From: Gekko japonicus
Lineage: Eukaryota
DNA: 64,000 bases
NCBI RefSeq assembly: GCF_001447785.1
Contig: NW_015162009.1
Location: 62,001 to 126,000 of the forward strand
Reading direction: 5' to 3'
Made by a program: the position numbers and the translations under genes. The first letter of the stretch is position 1. Every line of letters starts with the position of its first letter. Positions 23,545 through 36,590 of this stretch are shown here, piece by piece. The notes below the pieces were generated by a model that was not told the origin of the DNA, searched no databases, and saw only the letters and a list, made by a program, of their open reading frames with translations.

Positions 23545-24825
23545 CTCTTAAAGCTGGGGAGCCACATGCGGCTCTTTGACATGCCACCTGTGGCTCTTCT
23601 GAGCCCCATTTCTCATGGCACCCGTCTCATGTTTCAGGAAATTGGGCAATTTCTTTAGAAACTGGGGAAATGTCATCATCACAATGGGCCCCGGGATAAA
23701 ACTAACACTTTTATTTATTTTAATTTGCCCATGATGATTAGTTCAGGGTTGTGATGTAGGGGTATTCTGTATGAGGCTAGATCTACTTATTAAGCTGAAT
23801 GAGATGGTGGGATGGGGTGTGCCACTTTTGAATGTTACGCCTCAAAACAAAATTCCCTGCTAGCAGGAAGCTTAGCGCAGAGATAGGTTCTAACCAAAGG
23901 GTGTGTGTTTTTTCTCCTGTAGAACCAGAGTAAAATTGGAAGTGAAATTTTAACACAGAGAAGCATGTAAAAAAAAAAGTTCTGGCAAACTTGAAAGCTT
24001 GCACATGGAATTGTGTCACAACTCTGACTTGCAAGCCCTTATCTTCACTCCTGCTTAACAAGGGTTGTCTAAGGTTCAACACAGCCCTACATGCTATATA
24101 TATTATAACAATACATTATTGTTTATGTGCATTTGAGTTGGTGCTCAGGGCATAAAGTAGTCATGTGGCTCTATTATGTATGTATGTATGTATGTATGTA
24201 TGTATGTATGTATGTATGTATTTGTTAATCGCCCTATCTCTGCTTGTGCAGGTTTCTGGGCGATATACAAGAAAAAGGCATAGAGCCATAAGACAAATAC
24301 ACAAAACAGTAAAATTCCAATCATAACAATATTAAATAAGAAAGTTAAAAGAAGACCAGGTTAAAAAAGAAGTCCAAGATGGTGTCCCTAGAAATTACAT
24401 CCCGATTCTGGACTGCCTGGCCACTGTCTGGGCAGGGGAAGAGGAAGCACAAGATCAGAATTAAGGAGAGGGAGAAAGGGAGAGGGTGCCAGCCACAATT
24501 TAAAAAAATGTTGCTGTCGGAACAGCTCTGCCTTACAGGCCCTGTGGAATTCCATAAGATCCCACAGGGCCCTGATGGTATCAGGCAGAGAGTTCCACCA
24601 GGTCAGGGCCAGGACTGAAAAGGTGCTGGCCCTGGTCGAGGACAGACGGACATCTTTGGGGCCAGGAATCACCAGCAGGCTGTTATCTGCAGAGCATAAA
24701 GCTCTCCTGGGGACATACCGGAGGAGTTGGTCCCGCAGACACATTGGTCCCAGACCACCTTAAAGGTTTTAGTTGATGGGAATTGTAAATGTGGCTCTCC
24801 ACAAGCCATGGATTGAGCATCCCTG
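23545..24825. mobile_element. Possible old hAT-Charlie-like element containing an L2 insertion
   Basis: GAGCCACATGCGGCTC near the left end and TGTGGCTCTCC...TTGAGCATCCCTG at the right end; left TIR not clear. Confidence 0.4.
24176..24765 (-). mobile_element. L2 LINE 3' end with (TACA)n tail
   Basis: ORF 24388-24744 YVPRRALCS..LLVIPGP..TRASTFSV..WWNSLP; microsatellite tail at 24176-24221. Confidence 0.85.
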
Positions 24826-24989
24826 CAAAGCAAACCTCTTCAGTGGCAACATTTGTTGACTGGAAATTGTCCCTGTCAGTTACATAGCTGCTAAATTACT
24901 CCCCGTTCCTATGACCCGCATAACTCTCGATGTTACAAAATCAGATACCTAAAAACCACATATATGTGCATGTGTGTACATGTGTGTGT

Positions 24990-26082
24990 GCATAAAGGGC
25001 TATCAAACTGCAGCCAACTTGTGGAGATGCCAACAAGGGGCTTTCAAGGCAAGTGAGAAGCAGAGGTGGTCTGCAATCACCTTCCTCTGCAGAGTCTTCC
25101 TCAGTGGTCTCCCTTCCAATTGTCCCTTGACAATGGAGGCCCAGGTAGAGGCCAAAGCTAAATTGGCCTTTTATCATCTTCGGCTGGTTCGGCAGTTGGT
25201 TCCCTTCCTTGACCGCCATGACCTGGCAACAGTGATCCATGTGACAGTCACCTCAAGACTTGACTACTGCAACGTGCTCTACATGGGGCTGCCCTTGTCC
25301 CAAATCCGGAAGCTGCAGCTAGTGCAGAACACCGCGGCCAGGCTGTTGATGGATCTCCCACGTAGGGAGCACATCCAGCCTGTTCTTAGGTTACTGCACT
25401 GGCTGCCAATAGCATACTGGATTCACGTCAAAGTGTTGGTACTTACCTTTAAAGCCCTACATGGCCAGGGTCTGACCTACCTGACGGACTGCCTTTCCAC
25501 ATATGTACCCCAGAGAACACTACGGTCAGGGGCCCAATATCGCTTGTCTATTCCGGGCCCCAAGGATGCAAGGCTCCCCAGTACCAGAACCAGAGCCTTT
25601 TCTGTGGCGGCTCCTTATTGGTGGAACAAGCTACCGGAGGCGATCAGGGCCCTGCGGTAGCTTTTACAGTTTTGCAGGGCTTGCAAGATGGAGCTATTCT
25701 GCCAGGCCTTTAAATAGGATCCGCCACTACTGTTACCGTCAATTATTCCATTGACCTTCTGGAACCTCGGACTGGCCCAGATGCATCACTAGGCCTCTAT
25801 CTGCTCGAGGGATGATGACCGGATGGACAACGTAGATTTAGATCTGAAGAGCACAACATCTAATCTTTTAGCACTGCGAGCACTTTATTGCTGTTATTTT
25901 CTTATGTGATATGAATTAGTATGTATTTTAGTTTTAAAATGTTTATGGTTATGCCAATTAGGTACATTGTACTGCTCTTGTTAGCCGCCCTGAGCCTGTT
26001 CACAGGATGGGCGGGGTATAAATATAATAAATAAATACATACCAACTCTGCTTAGATTCTGAGATCTGATGAGATCAGGCTA
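24990..26082 (-). mobile_element. 5S rRNA-headed SINE split by an L2 insertion (pieces about 24990-25119 and 26040-26082)
   Basis: ...GGTCTCCCTTCCAA and ACCAACTCTGCTTAGATTCTGAGATCTGATGAGATCAGGC join to give the reverse complement of a 5S-like head. Confidence 0.75.
25121..26036 (+). mobile_element. L2 LINE 3' fragment (ORF2 C-terminal part and 3' UTR)
   Basis: SRLDYCN.LYMGLP..KLQLVQN.AARLL..HI.PVL..LHWLP; ends GCCGCCCTGAG..GGGCGGGGTATAAAT plus (TAAA)n. Confidence 0.92.
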
Positions 26083-26240
26083 NNNNNNNNNNNNNNNNNN
26101 NNNNNNNNNNNNNNNNNNNNNNNNNNNNNNNNNNNNNNNNNNNNNNNNNNNNNNNNNNNNNNNNNNNNNNNNNNNNNNNNNNNNNNNNNNNNNNNNNNNN
26201 NNNNNNNNNNNNNNNNNNNNNNNNNNNNNNNNNNNNNNNN
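26083..26240. other. Assembly gap
   Basis: Run of N. Confidence 1.
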
Positions 26241-29200
26241 CCAAGCTAGCCCAACCCTGTCAGATCTCAGAACCTAAGCAGGCTTGGTAGATTGTTTAGG
26301 CAAGGTTTTTTGTTTGGGTGGATTATTAATTATTATTTTGAATTGGAATATATATGTATATATCCAATTCAGATTAGTTATGACAAATATAGTAGTGAAT
26401 GAACCATTTCAGTCTTGGTCCCTCCACACCAATTCATACTTTCCATGCATGAGTAATGGTGAGGTGTCATTGGCGAGTCAGGACAGATGGGTAGCAGCAG
26501 AATTGCCAGAGATTCTTTGTGAGTGAGCGGTGGTGTTGCTTTCTTAGCTTTTGTTCCAAATGGTGTGTTTGTGCATTCCCCTTGGCCGCTGAGACTCCAA
26601 AGGACTGCAACTTAGAATGACAAACCTGCACTTGAGCATTTACCACTACATGCTACCACCTTCATGCATTAAAATCTACTTGTTCAGAGAAAGGGTTGAA
26701 GCTTATCCTTTTCTATGTCATCGTAGCCATCTGTGTGAAGGGTAAAGCCCAGCAGACCCAGATTTACCACCTCAATGAGAACATGGGCAGTATTAGGCCA
26801 CTGCAGTGCTGGAATAGCAGAATCAAAGGGTTGGCCTTTCCTCTATGGATGTGCAAACTAATGAACCCCCTCTCAGATCTTTTGAAAGTGTTTTTGCAAG
26901 TTACTATTTGCAATGTAATTATTGCTTGCAAACTTTCTGCGTTCACCTGGAGCATTGGGTTGAATGATGTTTAGGTCAAACCAGATGAGTCCTGAGAGGT
27001 CCGCAATGAGGATATGAGATTTCTCAGTATCCTTAATTTTCCTTGAAAGCTGTCACAGGGCACCCAGACTTAGACACTCTAGGCAGAGGGGCTGGGTATT
27101 GTTGTTGTTTACCATGTTGTTGGGGTATTTTACCAATCATACACAACTAATTAAAAATGTAGAGGATCGGGAGCCATGGTAGAAATTGTTACCCACATAT
27201 AGCTGTCTTTCTGCATGGTTAGATGCACAGTGTGGTATGTTTGCTATAGGAATTACCACATACCCCCAGGTTCTGTCCTGTCTAGCAACTTCTCTCTCCC
27301 TTTCTTCTTCTAGGGATTCAGTCTAATGAGTTAATTTCAATACTCTGAAAACTCCAGGAGTAAATACAGAATTGTGTTTCCCTTCCTAATTTTTCTCCAG
27401 TGCTCAGAGAGAACAGAATCACATTTGAGAAGCTCAATAGTAATATTCTCTAATGTAATGTTTAATGACCATCCGGTCATGTTTTCTCAAGGATCCCAGA
27501 TGTGTGTGATCATGGAAGTACACACACACACACACACACTGCATTTAAAGAACATATCCAATGGGACAAAAATAAGAGGAGGAAAATAAAAGTCTGACCT
27601 CTACTGGATTGCTCATTGGAAGTTTCAGGGAAAGAGAGAGAGATATCTGAGAGAACCGGATTTTGTGATCGTTCTTAGTTTAAATGCACCATCCATGTCA
27701 TAAAATGTTTCCCTCCCCCCTCCAAGGAATATACTGGCACTAAATAACCACTTAAGATTTCTTAGGAGGTGGAGCAAAGGATTATTTTCACTGCTGAAGA
27801 CAGAACAAGGAGCAATGAGTCTACAAGAAGGAATGATAACTTTAAATGTTAGGAAATTCCTCCTCATAAAAATTCAGCAACAGAACAAGCTGCTGTTCTG
27901 GGAGAGAAATGCCCCACCCCCTTGGAGGTTTGCAGGTTCTGAGGGGGGGGGGGAACAGTTGAGTCCTCTAGGCTTCTTCTGGTTCTCACCCAGTTTAAGA
28001 GTAACTAGTAGGCAATTGTACAGACTGAGTCTCCCTGTGTCCCACCTGTTCTGGGTTCAACGTTGACCTTTGTTTTCAAAGTCCATCCTTATTATTTATA
28101 GCAACTCCTAATTATTGAGAAAGGTGGAAAAGAAAGTTTCAGGAACATCTCTCTCTCTCTCTCTCTTTCCCCTCCCTTCTACCTCCCTCGATAGGCCTTC
28201 CAAGTATCACCCATGAACTCCAAAGCTATTGGCGCTCATGCAGCATATTTGGGAACAGACCCATGTTTGTTTGGTTTGGTTTTTTAATCTCTGTAGTGCT
28301 AGACGTATGTTCTAGCCATAGATATAACATGCGACTGTGTACACAACTGTGTTCCAGTAACAAAGACATCACAAGAGACAAGGGGCTATGGCTCAGTGGT
28401 AGAGCAACTGCCCAAAATGGGGTTCACAATTGGATTGGGGGGGATTTCAGGCTCCCATGAAATGCTCCATGAACAGAAATCCTTGTGCATATGGAAATGC
28501 TCATCAGGATCCAAGTCTGTATCAAGAGCAGCCTGGGGCAAGAAAAATGTAGTTCTAAAGAGATGGAGACTCTGTTTGTCAGATTAACTGAGCTCATTTT
28601 TGAAGAAGCAGAATGTCACATCTGGCATCCTAAGGTTCATTTAGGCATGAGGCAGATATGGCTGTGGCTTCACAGAAACCATTTTATTCAAAGGTACAGA
28701 GATAGGCCAGTACAGCTAATTGATATTTCTAAAGAAACCATGAAACTTTCATGATAAAGCATAAAGGTCTATTCAGCCTTTCCTCCGTAAGTCAGAGTGA
28801 CATGCCAAATAGCACGAACACAGACTGAACATCTCTCTTTTCATAAAAAAAGACAACAAAAACCAGTTCAATCAAAGTGGATCATAAATCTTTTGTGTGT
28901 TTCATGATGGCTGAGCATTTAGAAAATGGGATAATTGCCACAAATCGCCCCAAAGTGCATGAAAGTCACATAAATAGGAGAACTGCTCCTTATCAGTCTT
29001 GCATTTTTCTGTCCTCAAATGATTCCCCACACAGTTGAAACTGGTAAACTGGGGGTGGAATTAAAGAAAAAACAGAGGTCATACCAGGCTGTATCAGCAA
29101 TGGCAGGGCAAACTTTTGCATGGCTTTAGAATTAGCACCACTTTGTGGAAGGGATTTTTTTTTTTAAAGGAAAGAAAGAAAAATCAATAAATGAAAATTC

Positions 29201-29777
29201 TGAACTTTGCATGGTGCTCTGAGGAAGTGAAATAAATGCTTACCAACCAACTACCAGTCAAGCCTACCCGAAGCAAGTCTACAAAACTGCATTTTCTTAT
29301 TGTAATCGAATGGGATTTTGTCAGCAGACTCAATTGTTTCAGCTAATTATCATCTGGGGGGGGGTGAACCAAAAGAATGGACACATCTTCAGCTTCCAAC
29401 ACTCGTGCATGAATACCCCACAAAAAATATACTGCTGTTTCCTTAAGTGCCATTTTCCTAATGCTTCACCAACAGTACAGATTACACTTTTTTCCTGCAA
29501 TTGTTAGGCAATGATTAAATAATACGGGAAGCTGAGAAGCATGGCTCTAAGTTGCTGAAGAAAATGCCTTCATTTGCTGATATGCTGTCAGACCCTGTGT
29601 CTTGAGCATTTAAAGAAACCATTTGGGGGATCGAAAGGAACACTCCCTGTGTTTAAATGCTGTCCATTTCAAGACAGAGTGCTATTGTTAATGATGGCGT
29701 TCTCATCACCTAAGTTCCTGCAACTGGCCTCCCATTAGAGCAAAGATGGGGGGAGGATACACATAATGCCTTTTACT

Positions 29778-29880
29778 GTGCATCCTTTCTTCATCATGAT
29801 GATGAAGAGCCCTGGGGAGCATGAAAGCATGCACAATTTTTGGTGTCCATTAGGTTGGTCCTAATAAAGGTTCTACACAG
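29778..29880 (+). mobile_element. Possible degenerate Penelope terminal fragment
   Basis: (A)TGATGAA-GAGCCC..GGGAGC-..GAAAGC-ATGCAC followed by GTTGGTCCTAATAAAGG. Confidence 0.4.
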
Positions 29881-30400
29881 ATTTCATTCTTGTTTTTGGA
29901 TTTGGCATCCCTCAGTATGGCTGTTCAAGTTCTTATCCCATTAGACCCATGTTCCAAAGTGTTATAGTGCTATCAATTATCATTTACAACAGGAGTGGCT
30001 GGACACATATATACTGAATCAAACCATTGGTCTATCAAGCCCAGTACTGTCTACTTGGACCGGGCGTGCCTCCCCTGTTTCTAAGGCAGAAGGCACCAGA
30101 AGCAAAGAAGGTGGAGGAGAGGCCAAAATGAAGCCTAGGCCAGGCAGAGGAGTTGACACCTGCTTGAGATATCCAGCAAGCCAGTTCTGCTCAGAAGCAA
30201 AGCACAACATTATTAAGTCTTGGCAGAATCAGGGCTTCTGCTCTGGCCAAAGGAATGGTGGAGCCTCAGATGAGATCTAACTTCTGCTGGTTCACCATGT
30301 TCATACACCAGTGTGAGTAGCTCTCCTGCTAAGAGGGGGTTTGAGCAACCTAGGCCCTTGTTTGCCGCCTTGTGAATCTCTCTCTTGTTCCCGTTTCTGA

Positions 30401-30739
30401 TAGGGTTGCCAACCCCCCCGGTTTGCCAGGGGTCCCCCATTTGGGGGGGGGTCTACCCACCCCCAACACCTACAGCCACCCATCTCTCTCCCTTTAAGTG
30501 TGTGCAACCCGTGTTTCATCCCAAGCGCGAACTCAGCAAGCTTGCAGGGAAATGCCAGCTTCGTTCTGAAAAGGGAAACGCAGCTGCTCTTAAAGGGGAA
30601 ACGCCGGCTGCCAGCTACTTTAAGTGCAGGGAACTGCCGTTTCTGGAGATCCGGCGCATGGGCGGGGGGGGGGCCCACCCCCTCCAGGAACGCCCCCAAA
30701 GTCTCCTGCTGGGGGTGGAAGATGGACTTGGCAACCCTA
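30401..30739 (+). mobile_element. Young non-autonomous hAT element (TAGGGTTGCCAA TIR), copy 2
   Basis: TIRs TAGGGTTGCCAA / TTGGCAACCCTA; perfect TSD GTTTCTGA (30393-30400, 30740-30747). Confidence 0.93.
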
Positions 30740-30796
30740 GTTTCTGAACCTGTGGATGGCTCCAGGTCTACTCTATCCTGGCTGCCTGCCTGTGAC

Positions 30797-31002
30797 CAGT
30801 GTTCCCTTTAAGTTGAGTTAGTGTGAGCTAGCTCACAGCTTTTTAGCCTCCAGCTCACACATTTTTGTCTTAGCTCAGGAAGGAGGGCTCCAGAGCAAAC
30901 TAACTCATGCAGTAGCCAAATCACTCGCTCACAACTTTCATGCCAGTCGCTCACAAAGTAGAATTTTTGCTCACAGGACTCCACAGCTTAGAGGGAACAT
31001 TA
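30797..31002 (-). mobile_element. 206-bp hAT MITE, copy 2
   Basis: Perfect 8-bp TSD CCTGTGAC (30789-30796, 31003-31010); inverted relative to the 18095 copy. Confidence 0.92.
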
Positions 31003-33870
31003 CCTGTGACCCTTGTGCCTCTCTGGCTGGGTGGGTGAACACAAGTACAATTCCATTTACAAACAACTCTTCCACTGTGTCAGAGCAGCTATTGCTCTTT
31101 TGTTGCTTGTAAGGTTGCCAGCTGGCCAATTTTCCACTGGCATGACTGGATGTTGCCCCTTCTGGCTGATTGCCAGATGAAGGTTGTTTGTTAGTTTTAA
31201 TGCATTCAGAGAGAGGCTGGTTTTTAAGCACTGACCACCCTTTAAGGCAGAGAAATCTGCTGCACTGCAGTCTTAACAGATCATAGCCCTAGGCTTGCAG
31301 CTGATTTTTTTTAAAAAAAAATTCAGCCTTTTCAGCAGAGGCTCTTCTGTACCTCAAAAACAGCTTCTCTAAACACAACAGCTGCTGGTCCATTTAGCCC
31401 AGCACTATCTACTTTGGATGGCAGTGGGTTCCAGGATCTCACTATGGAACATTTCTAGCCATGTTGTCAGAGATCCATTTATCTGCAGATGCCAATGTCT
31501 GAACATGGAAAGCATCTGCATTCAAAGCATGTACCCTGCCACTAAGGTACCCCCCAACCAATCTGTAAAAACTACATCTGAAAAAGTGGACCCTGCTCTA
31601 TACACTCCTGCCACCAGAAATACATCAGTCTTTAAGATACCACGGAACTCCTTGTTCTTGGGAAACATGGTCAGTGCTCTTCACTTCTGTAATAAACTAT
31701 TTTGGAAATGAATTTAATCAGTGTACTGGCCTGTCTAACAGCAAATGCATAACAAGTACAAATACTATACAGCACATACATTTTGTCAAACAACAAAATC
31801 CAAAGTGTAAAGAAGTCATGGATTGCCCCAAATTTCTTCACATTTAGAAGAAAAATTCTTCACCAAAATGTGTGTGTTGTACAGTATTTGAGCTTGATGT
31901 AAAAAAGTACGCACCTGCAGGAATAGAAATGAAAAACTGAAAGGGCAAAATGGTTTTTAAAAAGTTACAAGACTAAGCACAGCTGAAAAATGAGGAAAAA
32001 TCACATGTTCGTTCATTACATTGAAGATAGCAGACACTGGAGATAGCAAATCACATAATTTGAAATGGTGTTCATTTTATTAACGCAGTATAAGGGAATC
32101 ATAGTATTGTTAGGGGTAATATTGTGGTGGGACTGGACTTTACATGTGGTTCGTAGGGGGGGAAAGCCTACTGGCTACCAAGCACCACAATTTGTGCACC
32201 CGTGATCCAGACTATCATGGTGCCATGCTGACCCAGTGATTCATCTTGAGCTTTGGTGTCATGTAGTTGTTCCATGTGGATGGGCCTGCCTACCCTACCA
32301 CAAAGTCTGCTTGCCCAAACCACCATCCAAGAGTTGGCAACCCTCCTTTCTTGCCCAAGCCGTGTGGCAAGGCACACAAACACAATAAGGCTTCTTGAAT
32401 TCTTGTAAGATTCCCTTTGTGACAGTTCAGGAAGCCCTGTTAGGCACACGGTGGCCTGCCACACAGCATTTTAAATGCCTGTGGGATGAAGAGGAAAGCA
32501 GTAACCTTAGCTAATCCAGACAGAGGAAACAGAGGAAGGCAGGAAGGGGGCAGCAGCCTCAGGCTGTTCACACCGGTGGTCCCTGCTGGCACCCCTTGTT
32601 GAGTCATCAGTGATTCCCCTTATCCCTCTTCAATTTCATTGTTCTTGTTGTTTTGTAAGGTGGAAAATAGAGTAGCCTAAACATTCAGGGAAAGTGAAGC
32701 CAGAAAACTCAAAATACTCCAGTGAAATGGAGGGAGAGCTAGGAGACAATGCTGAAGAACTCCATCAACTGTTCCAGAAATGCTCTCCATAGCTTTTGCC
32801 ATTATATTGCACTGGTAGTATGATTCCAGTTTTTATATGTATTTCACCTTGTTGGATTTCTTTCCTGCTCTGTCCCAAACACTGGCTTTTGAGGAAGAGA
32901 TGTGCACACCTCACATACTACCAATGCGGCAATCAGAATCTTAGCTACAATCTGAGTTACAAACCATGAGGAGAAATGAAGCTGTGGCAACCTCATAAGT
33001 GTCATTTAACTCTTGGTGGCTGCCAACACCATCAGAGTAATGCCTATGTGTACTCCACAGGTCTCTGTGTTCATTCGTGGTTTCAGATCTTGCATTTGAA
33101 TTCCAAGGAAATGGTAGTCAAATCAATGCCGGTATCAGTCACAAGATCTTAGGATGATAACAGCACATTTAGAGGCATATTATTACGTATGTTATGGCTA
33201 GATTAAAGGGCTTTTTAAGCGAACACAAATGATACTGTGCAATGCTCTCTGGAGCTCTTTGACAGTCTAAATACAAAAAAAATTCCCCATTTGCCTACAA
33301 AGGGAGCTATTTTGGTCATGAAACATTACCTCCCCAGCATGTGGTATGCCCATCAGCAGAAAAGTAGTATAAGAGAACTGACTAACTTTATTTATTACAT
33401 TTGTGTTGCTTACAAAACCATTTACTTAATGGATGAGTATCATTAACGGTCCAGCCACAAAATAAAGAATACAATGATGTGTTTCATAGGTTCATTAAAA
33501 TAATATTTCAAAGGAATCATTAGAAACAAAAAGCTAAAGATCCAAGACACAGTAAGTTATCTGCGAATAAATGAGGCAGAACAAACATGTTCTCAAGTGA
33601 GTTAAGGAAAATGTTTACAAATATATTGCAGCCATAAAGAAGAGGAAGGCATCAGATCTGTTCATTGCTGGGGGTGGGGGCGGGGGGGGGAATAACTATC
33701 ATACATGCAATTTACTAGCACAAAGGTTTCCTTCAACTGCATTTACTATGGTCTAAAGATGAATTCAAGTAAGCTATTTGTGTGACAAACTTGTGTGAGG
33801 TTTGACCTTTTACTGAGTGAGAAGAATATCCTGTGAAGAGTTTACTTCTCATGGAAACCTGTGATTGGGA

Positions 33871-34578
33871 CAGGCCCGTAGCCAGGAATTCTTAAGTCGG
33901 GGGGCATTTAAATTCCTTGGAGGGCACTGGCTAATTTAATTAGAGCAGGAGGGAAGAAAAAGTGAAGAAAAAAGTTTAAAAGGAGGAGAAAAGGAGATGG
34001 AGAAAAGGAGAAAGAGGGGGGAAGGGGAGGGAGGTACAAAAAATACTAAAGGAGAGGAAGAGGAAAAAAGAAGGAAGTGAGAGAAAGAAAGGAACAACAG
34101 CAAAGAAAAGGAGAGGAACGAGCTGGGGTGAGAAAGAGAAAGGGGAACAGCTGGCTCCCTCTTTTTCTCTCACATGCTCCCCCTTTCCTCAGCCCAGATT
34201 CATCACATCAGCCCTCCCAGCCGAGCCCATCTGAGTTTTTGAGGCATCGGGCTGCTTTGCCAGGGAGGAATGAACCGTAAGGAGCCCTCATGGGTGGCAC
34301 AGACACTTCTCCCGTAGCTGTTCAGCAAGGCAAGGAGAGGCAGCGGCCACAGCAGTGCAGGGGGCATTTTCATCAGGCAGCGTCTGACTCCATGTGGCCA
34401 CCGTAGCTGGCCCCTTGGTCTCATGCCAGACAGACCCGGCTCCTCCCCCACTCACACCACCGCCTCTTCCACCCTATCTTGCTTGCTCAGGAGGGGCCTG
34501 GGGCTGGATGGGAAGTAGTGAGGCCTTTGAAGTAAGTCGGGGGTAGACTCCAGATGCTCCACTGTAGCTACGGGCCTG
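33871..34578. mobile_element. Non-autonomous hAT element (CAGGCCCGTAGC TIR) with purine-rich low-complexity interior
   Basis: Perfect 12-bp TIR CAGGCCCGTAGC / GCTACGGGCCTG; flanks GATTGGGA / GACTGAGC match only 5 of 8. Confidence 0.7.
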
Positions 34579-34877
34579 GACTGAGCGAGCAAAAGATAAT
34601 TTCCATGACTAAATGGCTGGATCTATCCTCACCATCAGAACTGCAAGGAAATCATATTAACAAATATCTTCTCTATATTCCAGTATAGACCTTGATCCTA
34701 CATGTACACTGCTGAGCTGGCTATCTGGAGACCGTCAAAGGCAAAGCTGGGTCTCTACTGGAACAGCTTGTGGAAAGTGGTGCAGCTCCCTAATCAAAGG
34801 CCTTGTGGAAGAACTTCATCTTGTAGGACCTGTGGAACTATAAAAGGTCCCACAGGGCCCTGATGTCATCCAGGAGC

Positions 34878-36590
34878 TCAACAAGTTAAAAAGCATCGGA
34901 CCCAGTACTGATCCCTGCAGTAACCCACTGCTTACCATCCTCCACTGAGAAAATTTCCCATTTATACTCACTCTCTGTTTCCTATTAATTAGCCAGTTTT
35001 TCATCCACAAGAAGACTTGTCTTTTTATCCCATGACTATTGAGCTTACTTAGGAGCCTTTGATGAGGAACTTTATCAAACGCTTTCTGAAAGTCAAGGTA
35101 AGCAACATCTATTGGGTCCCCTTTGTGCACATGTTTGTTCACCCCCTCAAAGAACACTAACAGGTTAGTGAGACAAGATCTTCCCTTACAGAATCCATGA
35201 TGAGTCTTCCTCAATAGGTTTTGTTCATCAATGTGCCTACTAATTCTCTCCTTAAGAATAGTTTCCACCAATTTACCAGGTATCGATGTCAGATTGGATG
35301 GTCAGTAATTTCCCAGATCTCCTCTGGAATCCTTTTTTAAAAGATGGGAGTGACATTAGGTACCTTCCAGTCCTCAGGAATGGAGGCAGATGTTAATGAA
35401 AGATTACATATTTTTGTCAGGAGATCCACAAGTTCACATTTGAGTTCTTTCAGAACTCTTGAATGTATGCCTTCTGGGCCTGGTGATTTATCACTTTTTG
35501 AGTTGTCTATCAGTTTTAGGACCTCAATCTGACTCAGGTCTTTCAACACCCCTCCTGAAATCAGTGGTTCTGGAGTGGGCAAGCACTTCTCATCTTCCAC
35601 AGTGAAGACAGAAGCAAAAAAATGTATTCACCTTCTCAGCCATTTCCCTATCATCCTTCAGTACTCCTTTTACCCCTTGGTCATCCATGGGCCCCACTGC
35701 CTCCCTGGCTGGTTTCCTGCTTCTAATGTATTTGAAGAAAGTTTTATTGTTGGTCTTTATGTTTTTTGCAATATGCTCCTCACATTCTCTTTTTGCCTGC
35801 CTGATCACAGACTTGCATTTTATTTGCCACAGTCTGTGTTCCCTTTTATCAACCTCACTGAGACTAGCTTTCCGCTGTTTAAAGGAATCCTTCTTCCTTT
35901 TACAGCTTCCATTACTTTGTTTGTTAACCATGCAGGCTTTTTTCTATACCTATTTGTGCCTTTCCTAAGGTGCAGTATATGTTTTATCCTCACATGTCCC
36001 CTCATTTCAGGGAAGTTACTCCTTTTAAAGTTAAAAGTGGTTGTGTCTGTCTTTGTGGGCAACTCCCTATTTATACAAATGTTAAACTCAATAACATTAT
36101 GGTCACTGTTCCCAAGTGGTGCAATCACTTTTACCTTTCTCATCAGGTCTTGGGCGTTACTTAGGACCAAATACAGGATCATCTCTACCCTGGTAGGTTC
36201 TGTGACCATTTGCTCCATAGCACAGTCATTGAGTGTGTCTACAAACTCACTCTTTTTCCCGACTTGAACACATACTGACCCAATCAATGTGTGGGTAGTT
36301 AAAATCACCTATTAAGACACAGTTATTTCATTCATCATTTTATCATTCTCCTCTATCTTTTCATCTGGTGGGTGATAACAAACTTCCATTGTTAAGCTTC
36401 CTTTTGGCCCCACTTTTTCAACCCATAGCATTTCCAGAAGTGAATCCAATTCTCTTTCAGTCTTACTGGACTGTATACAGTCCAGTCTCTGACATACAGA
36501 GTATACAGTCTCTGACATACAGAGCCAACCCATCTCCAACCTTTCCTCCCCATCCTTCTGATATAATTTATAACCAGCCCTCATTGACTT
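34878..36590 (-). mobile_element. CR1 LINE ORF2 internal fragment (endonuclease to RT), multiply frameshifted
   Basis: GYKLY, CYHPP, QMVTEPTR, LGNSDHNVIEF, FFKYIRSRK, KSPGPEGIH.RVLKEL, PEDWK..NVTPIF, HGFCKGRSCLTNL, YLDFQKAFDKVPH, QGSVLGPMLFN. Confidence 0.93.

Noticed and set aside
24974-25660. 228-aa ORF as a novel fusion gene
   Set aside because: Chance read-through from an antisense 5S-SINE into a truncated L2 ORF2, with no true ATG start
26696-26974. Signal-peptide-like start LKLILFYVIVAICVKG followed by GTAAAG, resembling an Ig/TCR leader exon
   Set aside because: Starts at TTG, not ATG, and no V-domain exon or recombination signal was seen downstream
35575-36267. 230-aa hydrophobic ORF
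   Set aside because: Antisense shadow of the CR1 ORF2
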